33,831 nucleotides of DNA, from positions 25,771,725 through 25,805,555 of the forward strand of contig NC_069005.1 in the NCBI RefSeq assembly GCF_001194135.2. Reading direction: 5' to 3'. Origin of the DNA: Octopus bimaculoides (taxonomy: Eukaryota). Made by a program: the position numbers and the translations under genes. Shown piece after piece: positions 10,460 to 22,475 of the stretch (position 1 is the stretch's first letter; each line of letters opens with the position of its first letter). Below the pieces are notes generated by a model. That model did no database searches. It saw nothing but the letters and a program-made list of their open reading frames with translations, and was not told the DNA's origin.

Positions 10460-10879
10460 TTAATGAGATTTTTTTTTTTTTTCTCAGATGAAAAAACAAC
10501 TTCTGACATTTAAACAACACACAATATTAGTAATGTGTGTGTGTGTGTGTGTATGTGTGTGTACACGTGTATAAGGAGAAGGATTAGAAACAATCCAATA
10601 CTGACATTGTAGGGCACCAAAATGTGGAATCTTCCTCGCATGTCAATGTAACAGCCAAATCTCTCTCTCTCTCTCTCCACTGATATCAAAAGATGAAGAA
10701 AGCCAATGCCATGTGAGAAGTTTCCAAAAGCAAAGCTATACTATGAAGACAGATCGTCCTCAGTGAGGAGACATGGTGGTCAAGGGCTGACCTTTGGCAA
10801 AACCTATGCAAGGCAGGGCATCTTAGTTGTATAGGGACAATAAAAAAAGAACCTGAGAGAAAGATGACAGTAGTTGAGG

Positions 10880-11204
10880 TACTGTGATGGTGGGAGGGTA
10901 ATGGTGTTATGATTAGTGGCGGTGGTGGTGGTGGTGGGAGGATAGTGGTGTTATGATTGGTGGTGGTGGTGGGAAAATAATGGTGGTGGTGGTGGTGGGA
11001 AAATAGTGGTGGTGGTGGTGGTGGTGGTGGTGCCAGTGATGATGGTGGAATTATGCTGCAATTCTTTCATGCCATTCATGGTAAATGCTTATTCACACAT
11101 CATTGTTAGTAGAAAGAATAACAAGAACACAAAGATTGTAAGAGAGAGAGAGAGAGAAAGAGAGAGACAGACAGAGAGAGAGACAGACAGAGAGACAGAC
11201 AGAC

Positions 11205-11243
<39 letters not shown>

Positions 11244-11490
11244 GACAGAGAGAGAGAGAGACAGAGAGAGAGAGACAGACACAGAGAGAGACAGACAGAC
11301 AGACAGANNNNNNNNNNNNNNNNNNNNNNNNNNNNNNNNNNNNNNNNNNNNNNNNNNNNNNNNNNNNNNNNNNNNNNNNNNNNNNNNNNNNNNNNNNNNN
11401 NNNNNNNAGAGAGAGAGAGAGAGGAAGAGAGAGAGAGAGAGGAAGAGAGAGAGAGAGAGGAAGAGAGAGAGAGAGAGACAGAGAGAGAAA
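10880..11490. repeat. Simple-repeat block: (GGT)n-rich, then (AG)n/(AGAC)n with a gap
   Basis: Visible directly in the sequence. Confidence 0.9.
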
Positions 11491-11914
11491 TGTGTGAAAG
11501 TGCTTCACCATTTTGTTACCATATTTCTATTAAAATACAACCTCATTGTTGCAATTAATTTTGAAAAAATTTACTAGAATTTACTAAAATATCTTTGTCC
11601 TTATGAAGCTGATAATTGGAATATAAATCAACATGGAAGCTTAAGGAGAGAGAGAACACTTTTAGGGAAATCTCATAAAAACCATGGTTCTAACAGGAAT
11701 ACGACAATCATAAAACTGGTTTTGTTGTTTAGTCCAAGGTCAGCTCTGTTCCAGTAGACCTGTGATGAAAGGCATTCCAGCAATCTTATTATCCTCTTTG
11801 AGGTTTGAGGGAGATTTAGCAGCTATTTCTGGCAGGTTGTACAAATGAGCACAAAGATGTTTCCTCGTTTATTGTTTTGTTTTTTTGTTTTTTTTTTAAA
11901 AAAAGGATTAAAGA

Positions 11915-12125
11915 AAGGATATTGCAGTCCACTGCTGGACACAGCCCTCTTCACATCTGAAGATTTTTGGCTGTATCAGAAACTTGATGTTAAATGCCCA
12001 AGTAATTCTTGCCAGTTGAATGGACTGGATTAACGAAGTACTTTTTTTCAAAGACACAATGCACCTTACTAGACCAGGAATCAATCCTAAAACCTTATGA
12101 CTAGCTGGTCACCTAAACCTTAGGT
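11915..12125 (-). mobile_element. SINE-like element; second partial copy at about 13540-13690
   Basis: Shared aaaggatattgcagtccactgc...gccctcttcacatctgaaga segment; reversed tRNA-like head (ggaatcaatcc) near 12077. Confidence 0.5.
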
Positions 12126-13151
12126 CACATACGTACTAAAGTAACATGCTCAAGAAGAAACAGAGAATATGCAGACAGAGCAAGCTGTAATAACAGCAAC
12201 ATGTCCGTCCTACTGCAGACACCCTCTTCAATGGCAGAAGCACACTGAAATACACATCTAGCCTATGCTGCATAATTGTTGGTGATGAGAAGGGCATCCA
12301 GCCACAACTTCAATTCAAAGTCAGCCTAGATCAGCAGACCTATGATCATGTGCATTCCAACCATGACCCTCTTGTTAGTTTCCTATGTGCAAGGAAGTGA
12401 AGACCACACTTATTCAATGTGTCCTTTCCTAGGATAATAGGGTGTGGTTTAAGAGAGATTTGGTTACTATTTCCAGCATTGATCAACCACATAAAGGTTC
12501 CCACTGCAAGTTAGACGACAACATTCCGTGAAGTTTTGTCAAACCTAGATCAGTACAGAAGAATTGATGACGATGACAAACTTCACAACTAAAATATTGG
12601 GTTTGTATTTCTTGGACCGACCAGGTGAGTACTAAGGAGGATATGAGAAGTTGTGGTGTTCAAGCATCTCCTCTCCTATGAAAAAATGTTAGCAACACAA
12701 GCAGAAAGAAACAGTTAACTAAAAACCAACAAGAGGTCCTGTAGGTGGCCACTCGATCTGCTAGAAATAACAGCCAAATCACCCCTACTTAGATAATATC
12801 ACTTTGGACATACTACTTAAAGATAAAAAAGAAATGGTTAGAACTGGACTGTCTTTTATCAAAGGTCTGCTCAAACGAGTTTGACCTAGGGCTAAACAAT
12901 TACTTTGACTGAATGCTGAAACACAATTTCATAATCAATATTAGATTCCTTTTATACTGGAAGGCCACAAACCACATCTTCCACCAATTGCCTCAACAGT
13001 ACAACTTATGATTGTGATGATAATGATAGTGATGATGCTGTTGAAGGGGGGGGGAGGTCAATTAATTAACCAGAAAAATTGAGAAAAAAGGTATCAAAAG
13101 TAACAAAGGTAAAAAAAAAAAATTGTTGATAATAGCATCATGATGAGGATG

Positions 13152-13192
<41 letters not shown>

Positions 13193-13771
13193 AACGGTTG
13201 TGGGGATAATGATGATGATGATGATGATGTTTTCCATTCACACACTCTCTAACAAATTATATTTCGCTAAGTAATGTGTGAGTGTGTATGTGTGCTCATT
13301 TTTTCAATACCAGAAAGTAAAACAATGAAAAATAAAAAACAGCAACTAAATTCCATCATGAAACACCAGTGTACATATATATATATATATATATATACAT
13401 ACACACACACACACACATACACACACGTGTGCATGCACATACACACACACATATATAAACATGAGTGAATGTGTATGTATATATATATATATCTTAAAAT
13501 GCCTTCTACTCTCTGACATGCAATCTTGGAATATCTAGAAAGGATATTGCAGTCCACTGCGGGACATAGCCCTCTTCACATCTGAAGAATTTGGGGCAGT
13601 AGCAGTAACTTGGTGCCAACCGCACAAGTAATTCTTGCTGGCTGAATGTACTGGAGCAACATGAAGTAAAGTTCCTTAAGAGACATAAAAAGTTTTTTGT
13701 CTTGTATGTGTGTGTGCAATATATATATATATATACATACATACATACATACATACATGTTTGTATATACA

Positions 13772-13777
13772 TTTATT
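13772..13777 (-). promoter_or_regulatory. Candidate AATAAA polyadenylation signal of the SLF1-like gene
   Basis: tttatt on the + strand, about 105 nt downstream of the stop codon. Confidence 0.4.
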
Positions 13778-13882
13778 TATAAGTATATATACATATTTAT
13801 ACAGGCACACTTACACACACACATTCACATACATATATACACACACACACACACATAATAGCTGTCCCCTGCATTCTCTCAG

Positions 13883-14325
13883 CTACTCAATTAACTCAAA
13901 CAGGAGAAATAAACGTTTAAGATGTGTTGGGAATTTTGGTAGCATCTCCTTCAGTTTCAACTCTATCTTGTAGATGTTATAGACAGTGGTGATGTCTTTG
14001 ATGAAGACATCCAAGTAGGCGTCAGACACACACTGCGTCTGCTGGCATTCTCCCGTCGACCCGTCAGCGTCAACGGCCGAATGTGAACAGTCATTTTGGT
14101 GACATTTACATGGGTCAGTTGACGCCTCGCTGTCACACAGTGAGAGCGACATCGATGGTTCGTGCCGGCTTTGCTTGGCCTTTGCCCTCCAGGTAATGTA
14201 TGGCAGCTGGGCAGTATTGAGGTAACAACGGATGAGATGGAATACAAAACAAGAATACTTCTCGATCTGGGAGTATGTGAGCTTCGCGACAGTCTCTGAA
14301 TTATTTGGGCAGGGAGTTTTCACAT
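13883..14325 (-). CDS. SLF1: SLF1-like gene, terminal coding exon (DVKTPC...LFELIE*)
   Basis: Acceptor tctttctttcag; phase 1 joins the 15148 donor; 443 nt to TAG. YSQIEKYSCFVFHLIRCYL resembles the post-ankyrin helix of vertebrate SLF1 (from recall). Confidence 0.8.
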
Positions 14326-14503
14326 CTGAAAGAAAGATGGAAGAACTTAAAAGGCAAATTCGAGACAAATTTCACACCATCCAATCAATATTTATTATTT
14401 ATGCCTTAATTGAAAGGAGGGAAGTTTAACTGGTAACAAATTGAAATTTACTCCACTTTAACTATTGATTTAAATGTGTCGATATCTTATCCTTTATCTT
14501 TTA

Positions 14504-15080
14504 TTGGGTCATCCCATAAATAATGCAGCTTTTTCAATTGCATGAATTAAGTCGAAGGGGGACAGGATACACCACCTGCATCAACTTGCTATAAAAGCAG
14601 GTAATAATTTTACCTTGCCCTTATTTTTAGTACATTTTGGGGAGTGCAGTTCAATTTTAACAGTTATTTTTTCAAAGGTATAATGGAAGTGACAAAGGAG
14701 CATATTTGGCATATTTTGCTTTACAAGTTCAATAAAAGCAACAATGCAATGGAAAGTGCGAGGAATATTTATGCAGTATATGGGGATTGGACAATAAGCA
14801 TAAGCCACTGTCAACGGTGGTTCCAGAAATTCCAAGCCGGAAACTACAGCCTAGAAGACAAGCCTCATCCTGGAAGATCTGTAGAGCTCGACGAGGACGT
14901 CCTACAAACCCTAGTGGAACAAAATCCCATCATAACTGTTGAGGAACTAGCAAGAGAAGCTTGGATTTGGTCATTAAAACGTTCATCGACATTAGCAGTA
15001 GAAGGAAAACAACCATCTTTGGTTTCAAGACGAAAGGTGTTCTTCCATCAGGTTAACAAAGCAGCGTCCTAGTAAGGCCA
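14504..15080 (+). mobile_element. Truncated mariner (Mos1/SETMAR-like) element; transposase N-terminal HTH pseudogene from ATG 14683, frameshifted near 14952
   Basis: TA plus ttgggtcatcccataa TIR start; HILLYKFNKSNNA...WFQKFQAGNYSLEDKPHPGR is the mariner HTH signature. Confidence 0.88.
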
Positions 15081-15147
15081 GCATCCTATGACTTGAAACC
15101 AGTAAATGAATATATAAAAAAAAAAGAACTATTCAATTCTCACTTAC

Positions 15148-15291
15148 CAATTATATCCGAATGATTTGATTGGTTAATGGAATTGTTGGCGTCAGGAAGA
15201 AATGTATTCAGAACAGCAACCATTTCTTCTGTAGTGGCCAAGTCAAGTGGTGTAGCACCATCAATGGTCTTTAACTGGAGCAGTTTTGGTC
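15148..15291 (-). CDS. SLF1: SLF1-like exon (GPKLLQLKTIDGATPLDLATTEEM...), 144 nt, phase 1-1
   Basis: aag acceptor, gtaagt donor, open frame; degenerate fourth ankyrin repeat. Confidence 0.85.
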
Positions 15292-15711
15292 CTTCCAATA
15301 ACAAAATTAATGAACAGATAAAGAAATAATCACATAAAACAACATCGGATGATAACGAAAAGACATCAACATATTCAAATTCTACATTAACTTCAAAAGA
15401 GATGTAAAGAATCATACAGTAAAGAAAACAAGATTTTATTATGTCATTAGTTTATGCCTGTTTTCCATGATGGCATGGGTAGAATGGTTCGACAGGATTT
15501 AACGGATAAGAGAACCTTATTTTGATCCTGTGTACCCTTTCAGACATGGTTTCTAGAGCTGGATGCCCTTCCTAACACCAGTCACTTTACAGAATGGACT
15601 GGATGCATTCTATTGTGGCATCAACATTATTGAAGTTGCTTTGTCATCCGCAAGACTAAATCCCTCCAAACTCTTGAATATTTAAAAAATCTATGAACCC
15701 TCTTTTGTGAA

Positions 15712-17178
15712 TCAATATCTATAAAACACAAGATGTTTGTGTGTGTGTGTACGTGATGTGGGTTATGCACGTCCACAAATTAGCACGCATGTCGCTCCAA
15801 TTTTAGGAGGACATTGTTCATGACTATCTGTGTTTTTGTCAACTTTTTCTGACAGAGGCACCCGCGTATAGCTGTAAAAATCGATAAACTTTTACCAATT
15901 TTGAAGTTTGTTGACATGGCGAAGTCAAATCTGTGCGTACGCGTGTGAAGGAGAGAGAGAGAGCAAGAGAGAGAGATAGAAAGAAAGAGAGGGAGAAAGA
16001 ANNNNNNNNNNNNNNNNNNNNNNNNNNNNNNNNNNNNNNNNNNNNNNNNNNNNNNNNNNNNNNNNNNNNNNNNNNNNNNNNNNNNNNNNNNNNNNNNNNN
16101 NNNNNNNNNNNNNNNNNNNNNNNNNNNNNNNNNNNNNNNNNNNNNNNNNNNNNNNNNNNNNNNNNNNNNNNNNNNNNNNNNNNNNNNNNNNNNNNNNNNN
16201 NNNNNNNNNNNNNNNNNNNNNNNNNNNNNNNNNNNNNNNNNNNNNNNNNNNNNNNNNNNNNNNNNNNNNNNNNNNNNNNNNNNNNNNNNNNNNNNNNNNN
16301 NNNNNNNNNNNNNNNNNNNNNNNNNNNNNNNNNNNNNNNNNNNNNNNNNNNNNNNNNNNNNNNNNNNNNNNNNNNNNNNNNNNNNNNNNNNNNNNNNNNN
16401 NNNNNNNNNNNNNNNNNNNNNNNNNNNNNNNNNNNNNNNNNNNNNNNNNNNNNNNNNNNNNNNNNNNNNNNNNNNNNNNNNNNNNNNNNNNNNNNNNNNN
16501 NNNNNNNNNNNNNNNNNNNNNNNNNNNNNNNNNNNNNNNNNNNNNNNNNNNNNNNNNNNNNNNNNNNNNNNNNNNNNNNNNNNNNNNNNNNNNNNNNNNN
16601 NNNNNNNNNNNNNNNNNNNNNNNNNNNNNNNNNNNNNNNNNNNNNNNNNNNNNNNNNNNNNNNNNNNNNNNNNNNNNNNNNNNNNNNNNNNNNNNNNNNN
16701 NNNNNNNNNNNNNNNNNNNNNNNNNNNNNNNNNNNNNNNNNNNNNNNNNNNNNNNNNNNNNNNNNNNNNNNNNNNNNNNNNNNNNNNNNNNNNNNNNNNN
16801 NNNNNNNNNNNNNNNNNNNNNNNNNNNNNNNNNNNNNNNNAGAAGGGACAGGCTCCTTATTTTTTGGTTAAGGTTGTTGGTAAGCTTTCCTAAGTTACTC
16901 CAATCCAGATCCCCAATGCAAACCTTCAGATCAACCTTCTCCTATGCAGATCTCTAATGCAACATTTAAAAAAAGAGTCAATAAGTGAAAATAACCAATA
17001 AACTGATTCCTTATGGGATTTCCCAATCAAATTGCCAGCAAACCATTTTCAGCCAAACCAATTTCAACGGATTTCGCTCAAATCTGATGTCGATGTTACT
17101 TATTTTGGTTTGAAATAAAGGACTTAATCATTTAATAATCCTAGCTTAATCCCGAGCAGCGGCGGGTTATACTGCTAG
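15712..17178 (+). mobile_element. Full-length non-autonomous Helitron (internal gap)
   Basis: A|TC 5' end at 15712, 3' hairpin plus CTAG|T at 17178, no TSD. Internal (GA)n tract. Confidence 0.88.
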
Positions 17179-17206
17179 TCTTTAATAAAATATTTCTGCT
17201 ATTTAC

Positions 17207-17332
17207 CTTTGTACTTGAGCAAGAGCTGGGCGCAAGCAATGCTTTCATTCAAAACTGCATCATGCAGTGGGGTGATGAGATCTTCAGCTGTTGCACAGAC
17301 ATCAACCCTGGTACTTTGGGGTTGACTGTAAC
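17207..17332 (-). CDS. SLF1: SLF1-like exon (YSQPQSTRVDVCATAEDLITPLHDAVLNESIACAQLLLKYK), 126 nt, phase 1-1
   Basis: Not in the ORF track. T-rich tract plus aag acceptor, gtaaat donor, TPLHDA ankyrin motif, frame continuous with both neighbours. Confidence 0.88.
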
Positions 17333-17369
17333 CTTAAAACAAACAAAAACAAAACAAATATTGACTTCT

Positions 17370-17404
<35 letters not shown>

Positions 17405-17710
17405 TTAGCATCCATTTTCCATGCTGGCATGGGTTGGATGGTTTAAGTGAAACTGGTAAGCTGGAAGGCTGCACCAGGTTCAAGTCTGTTTTGGATTGGT
17501 TTCTACGGCTGGATGCCCTTCCTAACACCAACCACTGCGTAGAGTGTACTGGGTACCTTTAACATGTCACATGCATGTGTGCCTTTCATGTGTCATTGGC
17601 ACTGGGCACAACTAAAATTTCACTTACCTTGACGTGTCTTCTCACGCGTGAACAAATCACCAAACGCCTCAGTCATTTGTCATTGCCTCCGTGAGACTCA
17701 ACATCCAAAG
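17370..17710 (-). mobile_element. RTE-tail repeat with (CAT)n on the + strand
   Basis: ggatgcccttcctaac motif shared with the RTE 3' UTR; similar fragment at about 15465-15650. Confidence 0.65.
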
Positions 17711-17784
17711 ATCATATTTCACATCCTAGTGGGTCTACCTCTTCGACAGGGTCCCTCCAGAGAGATTGGCACTTGCTTACAAAT

Positions 17785-18012
17785 ACTGGTTTCAAATTTT
17801 GGTACAAGGCCAGCAATTTTGGGAGAGGGGGGTTAAGTCGATTACATTGACCCCCCCCCCAGTGTTCAACTGGTACTTCCATCTACCAAATCCACTCACA
17901 ATGCTTTGGTTGGCCTGAGGCTATAGTAGAAGTCACTTGTCCAAGGTGCCATGAAGTGGGACTAAACCCAGAACCATGTTGTTGTGAAGCAAGCTTCTTA
18001 CCACACAGTCAC
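17785..18012 (-). mobile_element. Adjacent SINE B 3' fragment and SINE A 5' fragment
   Basis: Similarity to the other copies in the window. Confidence 0.6.
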
Positions 18013-18341
18013 GCCTGTACATATTACAACATAAAGCATAAAACACATGTGCACACATTTTTATCAATGGAGCTATCTGCATGAATGCAACGGATACAAT
18101 GTCAGCCTAACATATATAAAATGCATGTAAATAAGAACTCAGATTTTGATGCACACCTGTCATTTTTATGAATGAAAGCAGGTACATAAATGCTGCATGT
18201 ATCTTACTTTCAATTGTCTTTGATTCGTAAAACTGCAGGCTCAGATAATTAAGCAGGTTTGTGTACACGTACACACACACATATAGCTGTTGTTGCTAAG
18301 GCGGAGGTAGTAGTAGTAGTAGTAGTAATAATAATAATAAT

Positions 18342-18552
18342 AATCCTTTCTACTATAGGCACGATGCATGAAATTTGGTGAGAGAGGATTAGTCGATTAC
18401 TTTGACCCCAGTGTTTCATTTGTACTTAATTTATTGACCATGAAGGGACGAAAGCAAATTCAACCTTGGTGAAATTTGAACTCAATGTAGCAACAGGTGA
18501 AATATCGCTAAGCATGTTGCCCAGCATGCTAACGGTTCTGCCAGCTTACCGT
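18342..18552 (-). mobile_element. SINE family B
   Basis: Reverse complement matches the 21932-22145 copy. Confidence 0.7.
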
Positions 18553-18564
18553 CCTCATAATGAC

Positions 18565-18600
<36 letters not shown>

Positions 18601-18652
18601 CAACAACAACAACGAAGCAGGAGAGGAAAGAGTTTAAAAGAAGAAAACTTAC

Positions 18653-18787
18653 AAGCACTAAAGTATGAGTTGATGGTCCGCACACGGTTGAAGTTGAGAA
18701 GCTCGGTGACACAATCAGGGTGGTTGTGGTTACAGGCCTCATGGAGGGGTGTCCATCCATTGTTGTCTGTAGCATTCACATCAATGC
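18653..18787 (-). CDS. SLF1: SLF1-like exon (GIDVNATDNNGWTPLHEACNHNHPDCVTELLNF...), 135 nt, phase 1-1
   Basis: ttttgcag acceptor, gtaagt donor; canonical ankyrin repeat; LPGIDVN..DNNGWTPLHEACN closely matches SLF1 (from recall). Confidence 0.92.
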
Positions 18788-19380
18788 CTGCAAAATAGTA
18801 GTAGTAGCAATAGTATGTGATTCCGAAAAACATTTTAATCTGTAAACATTATCAAAATTACTTTTAAATGTACATAATAGCGAAACACCTTTTACTGTTA
18901 TCTTAAGATCACGCTACCATCTTACCATCGAATTACTTTTAAAACAAACTTTTAATTTTCTTATGTTTTGACAGACATTCTCTGGAACAAAACTCTGTGC
19001 AAAACCAAAAATATGTTACCCTAGTCATAACACCAACTTGAACTTCTAACTTGTTGTTTCATGAGGACTCTGGGTGAGACTTGGAGTCAACTTGTACAAT
19101 CACAAAGCAAAAGCCAAACATTTAATAATTATAATAATAATTTCGTATGTGTATTTGGTGTGCAAGATTCTTGATGTGGATACATGTGTTGAAAGAAATA
19201 CAATTAAACCTTTGGGAGTTTAATTGTACTCACATGCTCATACCGGACAATTTCAAAACAACACTAAATCATACATTCAAAATAAATGGAAGTGGAGAGA
19301 CAAGTTACTGAAGAGATTGCAAGAGTGCAATGAAATGATTTAACAGAAAAAAAAATAAATAAATACTGTTTATAAATTAA

Positions 19381-20424
19381 CTAGCAGTATAACCCGGCGC
19401 TGCTCGGGATTAAGCTAGGATTATTAAATGATTAAGTCCTTTATTTCAAACCAAAATAAGTAACATCGACATCAGATTTGAGCGAAATCCGTTGAAATTG
19501 GTTTGGCTGAAAATGGTTTGCTGGCAATTTGATTGGGAAATCCCATAAGGAATCAGTTTATTGGTTATTTTCACTTATTGACTCTTTTTTTAAATGTTGC
19601 ATTAGAGATCTGCATAGGAGAAGGTTGATCTGAAGGTTTGCATTGGGGATCTGGATTGGAGTAACTTAGGAAAGCTTACCAACAACCTTAACCAAAAAAT
19701 AGGGAGCCTGTCCCTTTNNNNNNNNNNNNNNNNNNNNNNNNNNNNNNNNNNNNNNNNNNNNNNNNNNNNNNNNNNNNNNNNNNNNNNNNNNNNNNNNNNN
19801 NNNNNNNNNNNNNNNNNNNNNNNNNNNNNNNNNNNNNNNNNNNNNNNNNNNNNNNNNNNNNNNNNNNNNNNNNNNNNNNNNNNNNNNNNNNNNNNNNNNN
19901 NNNNNNNNNNNNNNNNNNNNNNNNNNNNNNNNNNNNNNNNNNNNNNNNNNNNNNNNNNNNNNNNNNNNNNNNNNNNNNNNNNNNNNNNNNNNNNNNNNNN
20001 NNNNNNNNNNNNNNNNNNNNNNNNNNNNNNNNNNNNNNNNNNNNNNNNNNNNNNNTTTAGACGCTTGCCAAACACTCTGTTTCTCCCCTTGTCACAAACA
20101 CTATTTCTTTCTTTCTCTCTCTCTTTCTTTCTTTCTTCCTCTCTTTCTTTCTTTCTCTCTCTCTCTTGCTCTCTCTCTCTCTCCTTCACGCACGTACGCA
20201 CAGATTTGACTTCGCCATGTCAACAAACTTCAAAATTGGTAAAAGTTTATCGATTTTTACAGCTATACGCGGGTGCCTCTGTCAGAAAAAGTTGACAAAA
20301 ACACAGCTAGGGTCATGAACAATGTCCTCCTAAAATTGGAGCGACATGCATGCTAATTTGTGGACGTGCATAACCCACATCATGTACACACACACACAAA
20401 CATCTTGAGTTTTATAGATATTGA
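19381..20424 (-). mobile_element. Full-length non-autonomous Helitron (internal gap), inverted relative to 15712-17178
   Basis: A|TC start at 20424 on the minus strand; hairpin plus CTAG|T end at 19381. Confidence 0.88.
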
Positions 20425-20638
20425 TAAAGGACTGAACCAGTGCGTGTGTTTATTACCGGCATATTTCCTCTCCCATGGTTTAATTGTAATAATAATAATA
20501 ATACCATGAGAGCCATATATTTTTGTTGTCTGATTCAAAGCGAGTACACAGTGCACATGAATTTACATCAATCGATGTTATGGGATTAATACTAAAACAA
20601 TCAATATAGACAATTAACTAATTATAACGGTGTCTTAC

Positions 20639-20710
20639 CTGGTAGTGTCAGCAAGTCACGCACCTGATCAACATCATTCTTCATACAGGCTATGTGCAGT
20701 TTTGTTTCAC
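20639..20710 (-). CDS. SLF1: SLF1-like exon (GETKLHIACMKNDVDQVRDLLTLP), 72 nt, phase 1-1
   Basis: Not in the ORF track. Pyrimidine tract plus gaag acceptor, gtaaga donor; first ankyrin repeat continuing NKRNYK|G. Confidence 0.9.
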
Positions 20711-20805
20711 CTTCACCAAAGAAAGAGAAAATATTTGATAAAAGATTTCATTAAACCAAGTAGTAGTAGTTATTAATATTATTATCATTATTATTATTAT
20801 TATGT

Positions 20806-21012
20806 AAAGCAGTAACCTGGCAGAATTGTTAGTACGCCAGGCAAAATACTTATTGGTATTTCGCCCATCGCTATATTCTGCATTCAAATTCTGCTGAGGT
20901 CCACTTTGCCTTTCAATCTTTTGGGGTCAATAAATTAAGTACCAGTGAAACACTGGGGTTCAATGTAATTGACTAATCCCCTCCCCACAAATTTCAAGCC
21001 TTGTGCCTATAT
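20806..21012 (+). mobile_element. SINE family B
   Basis: Head, core and tail match the other B copies. Confidence 0.75.
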
Positions 21013-21110
21013 CCGTCAAATGTAAGTAATGTAAATAAAGCACTGCTGCTGTTTGCTATAACAATCACACATAACTACAGGAACTAGTGGGGGGGGGGGT
21101 GAGTATTTAA

Positions 21111-21320
21111 CCCTTTAGCATTCAGATTAATTTATCAAATGTAATGGTTATTCATCCACTTTAAAATTAATCGTAGTATTTCAATAGCTTCAAGATTTTG
21201 AAGATGTGATTATTTTAGCATGACACGTAGGGTAGGTGTGAGAGGCTGGATTTGGCCAGTTTCAACCTGAGGCAGGTAGAATATTTGGGCCCCGACACGG
21301 CCAGTTAAATGCTTAAAGAT
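21111..21320 (-). mobile_element. piggyBac-type MITE
   Basis: TTAA|ccctttagcatt left end, aatgcttaaagat|TTAA right end; homologous to 10240-10459. Confidence 0.7.
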
Positions 21321-21419
21321 TTAAAAACAACAAGCACATCAAAATGTGACTAAATGTCACAATCAAAAAGAAGGACAAAGACATATTTGAAACGGAATTC
21401 ATAAAAACACAAAATTTAC

Positions 21420-21571
21420 CTTTATAGTTTCTCTTGTTAACATTGCGTGCCAGCCGCTTTGTTAGAAACATCTTGTTGACAGGAGAGAGCCGAGAAGGCG
21501 ACTGTGAATTCGATTCATTCTCAGACGTCAACTGGCAATTTGTTGACTCTTCTGCTAGTACATTATGTGAT
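21420..21571 (-). CDS. SLF1: SLF1-like exon (SHNVLAEEST...NVNKRNYK), 152 nt, phase 2-1
   Basis: tttgtag acceptor, gtaaat donor; leads into the first ankyrin repeat. Confidence 0.85.
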
Positions 21572-21931
21572 CTACAAACCAAAAATACAATATATAGCAA
21601 AATACATATATATATTACATACATACATTTATTCTACATTCTATAACATATTTTAACCCATTACCTCCCATAATTCTATTAACTGGAATTTTTTTAATGA
21701 AACTTTGATTTCTAGCATAAAACAGCCTTAGAAACACGCTGGAATGATCGAAATAACATTTTCAAATAGAAATAAGCGAGATATTGGGTGAAAAACCTCA
21801 TTTGAATATCAGAGAAATATACCTAGTAGATATAGCAAAAAGGTTAGATATGTGTAAATATTGACAGATAATTACGAAATTTGTAATTTTTAAGTGATCT
21901 CATGTGAGATCACTGGTAGGTAATGGGTTAA

Positions 21932-22145
21932 GGTGGTGAGCTGGCAGAAACATTAGCACGCCGGGCGAAATGCTTAGCGGTATTTCGTCTGTCTTTACAT
22001 TCTGAGTTCAAATTCCACCGAGGTCAACTTTGCCTTTCATCCTTTTGGGGGGGTCGATAAATTAGTACTAATTGTGTACTGGGGTGGATCTAATTGACTG
22101 CCCTCCGCAAAAATTTTGGGCCTTTTGCCCCGAGTAGAAAAAGAT
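21932..22145 (+). mobile_element. SINE family B, near full length
   Basis: ggtggtgagctggcaga head, gagttcaaattcc B box, gcctttcatcc core. Confidence 0.8.
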
Positions 22146-22388
22146 TCTGTAACATATTTTATTCTAGGAGNNNNNNNNNNNNNNNNNNNNNNNNNNNNNN
22201 NNNNNNNNNNNNNNNNNNNNNNNNNNNNNNNNNNNNNNNNNNNNNNNNNNNNNNNNNNNNNNNNNNNNNNNNNNNNNNNNNNNNNNNNNNNNNNNNNNNN
22301 NNNNNNNNNNNNNNNNNNNNNNNNNNNNNNNNNNNNNNNNNNNNNNNNNNNNNNNNNNNNNNNNNNNNNNNNNNNNNNNNNNNNNNNN

Positions 22389-22438
<50 letters not shown>

Positions 22439-22475
22439 AAATATATATATATATATATATACATACATATTAATA

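Noticed and set aside
6869-13973. ORFs rich in VC/HT/YI/RE/D/M repeats
   Set aside because: Translations of (GT)n, (TA)n, (AG)n and (GAT)n microsatellites.
14644-15072. Functional SETMAR-like host gene
   Set aside because: No SET domain, frameshift after EELA, truncated before the catalytic domain, and a TIR is present upstream; it is a dead mariner.
13883-21571. BARD1, TONSL or ANKRD11/12 as the gene identity
   Set aside because: The ankyrin repeats are followed by only about 190 aa and a stop, with no BRCT or LRR domains; this layout fits SLF1.
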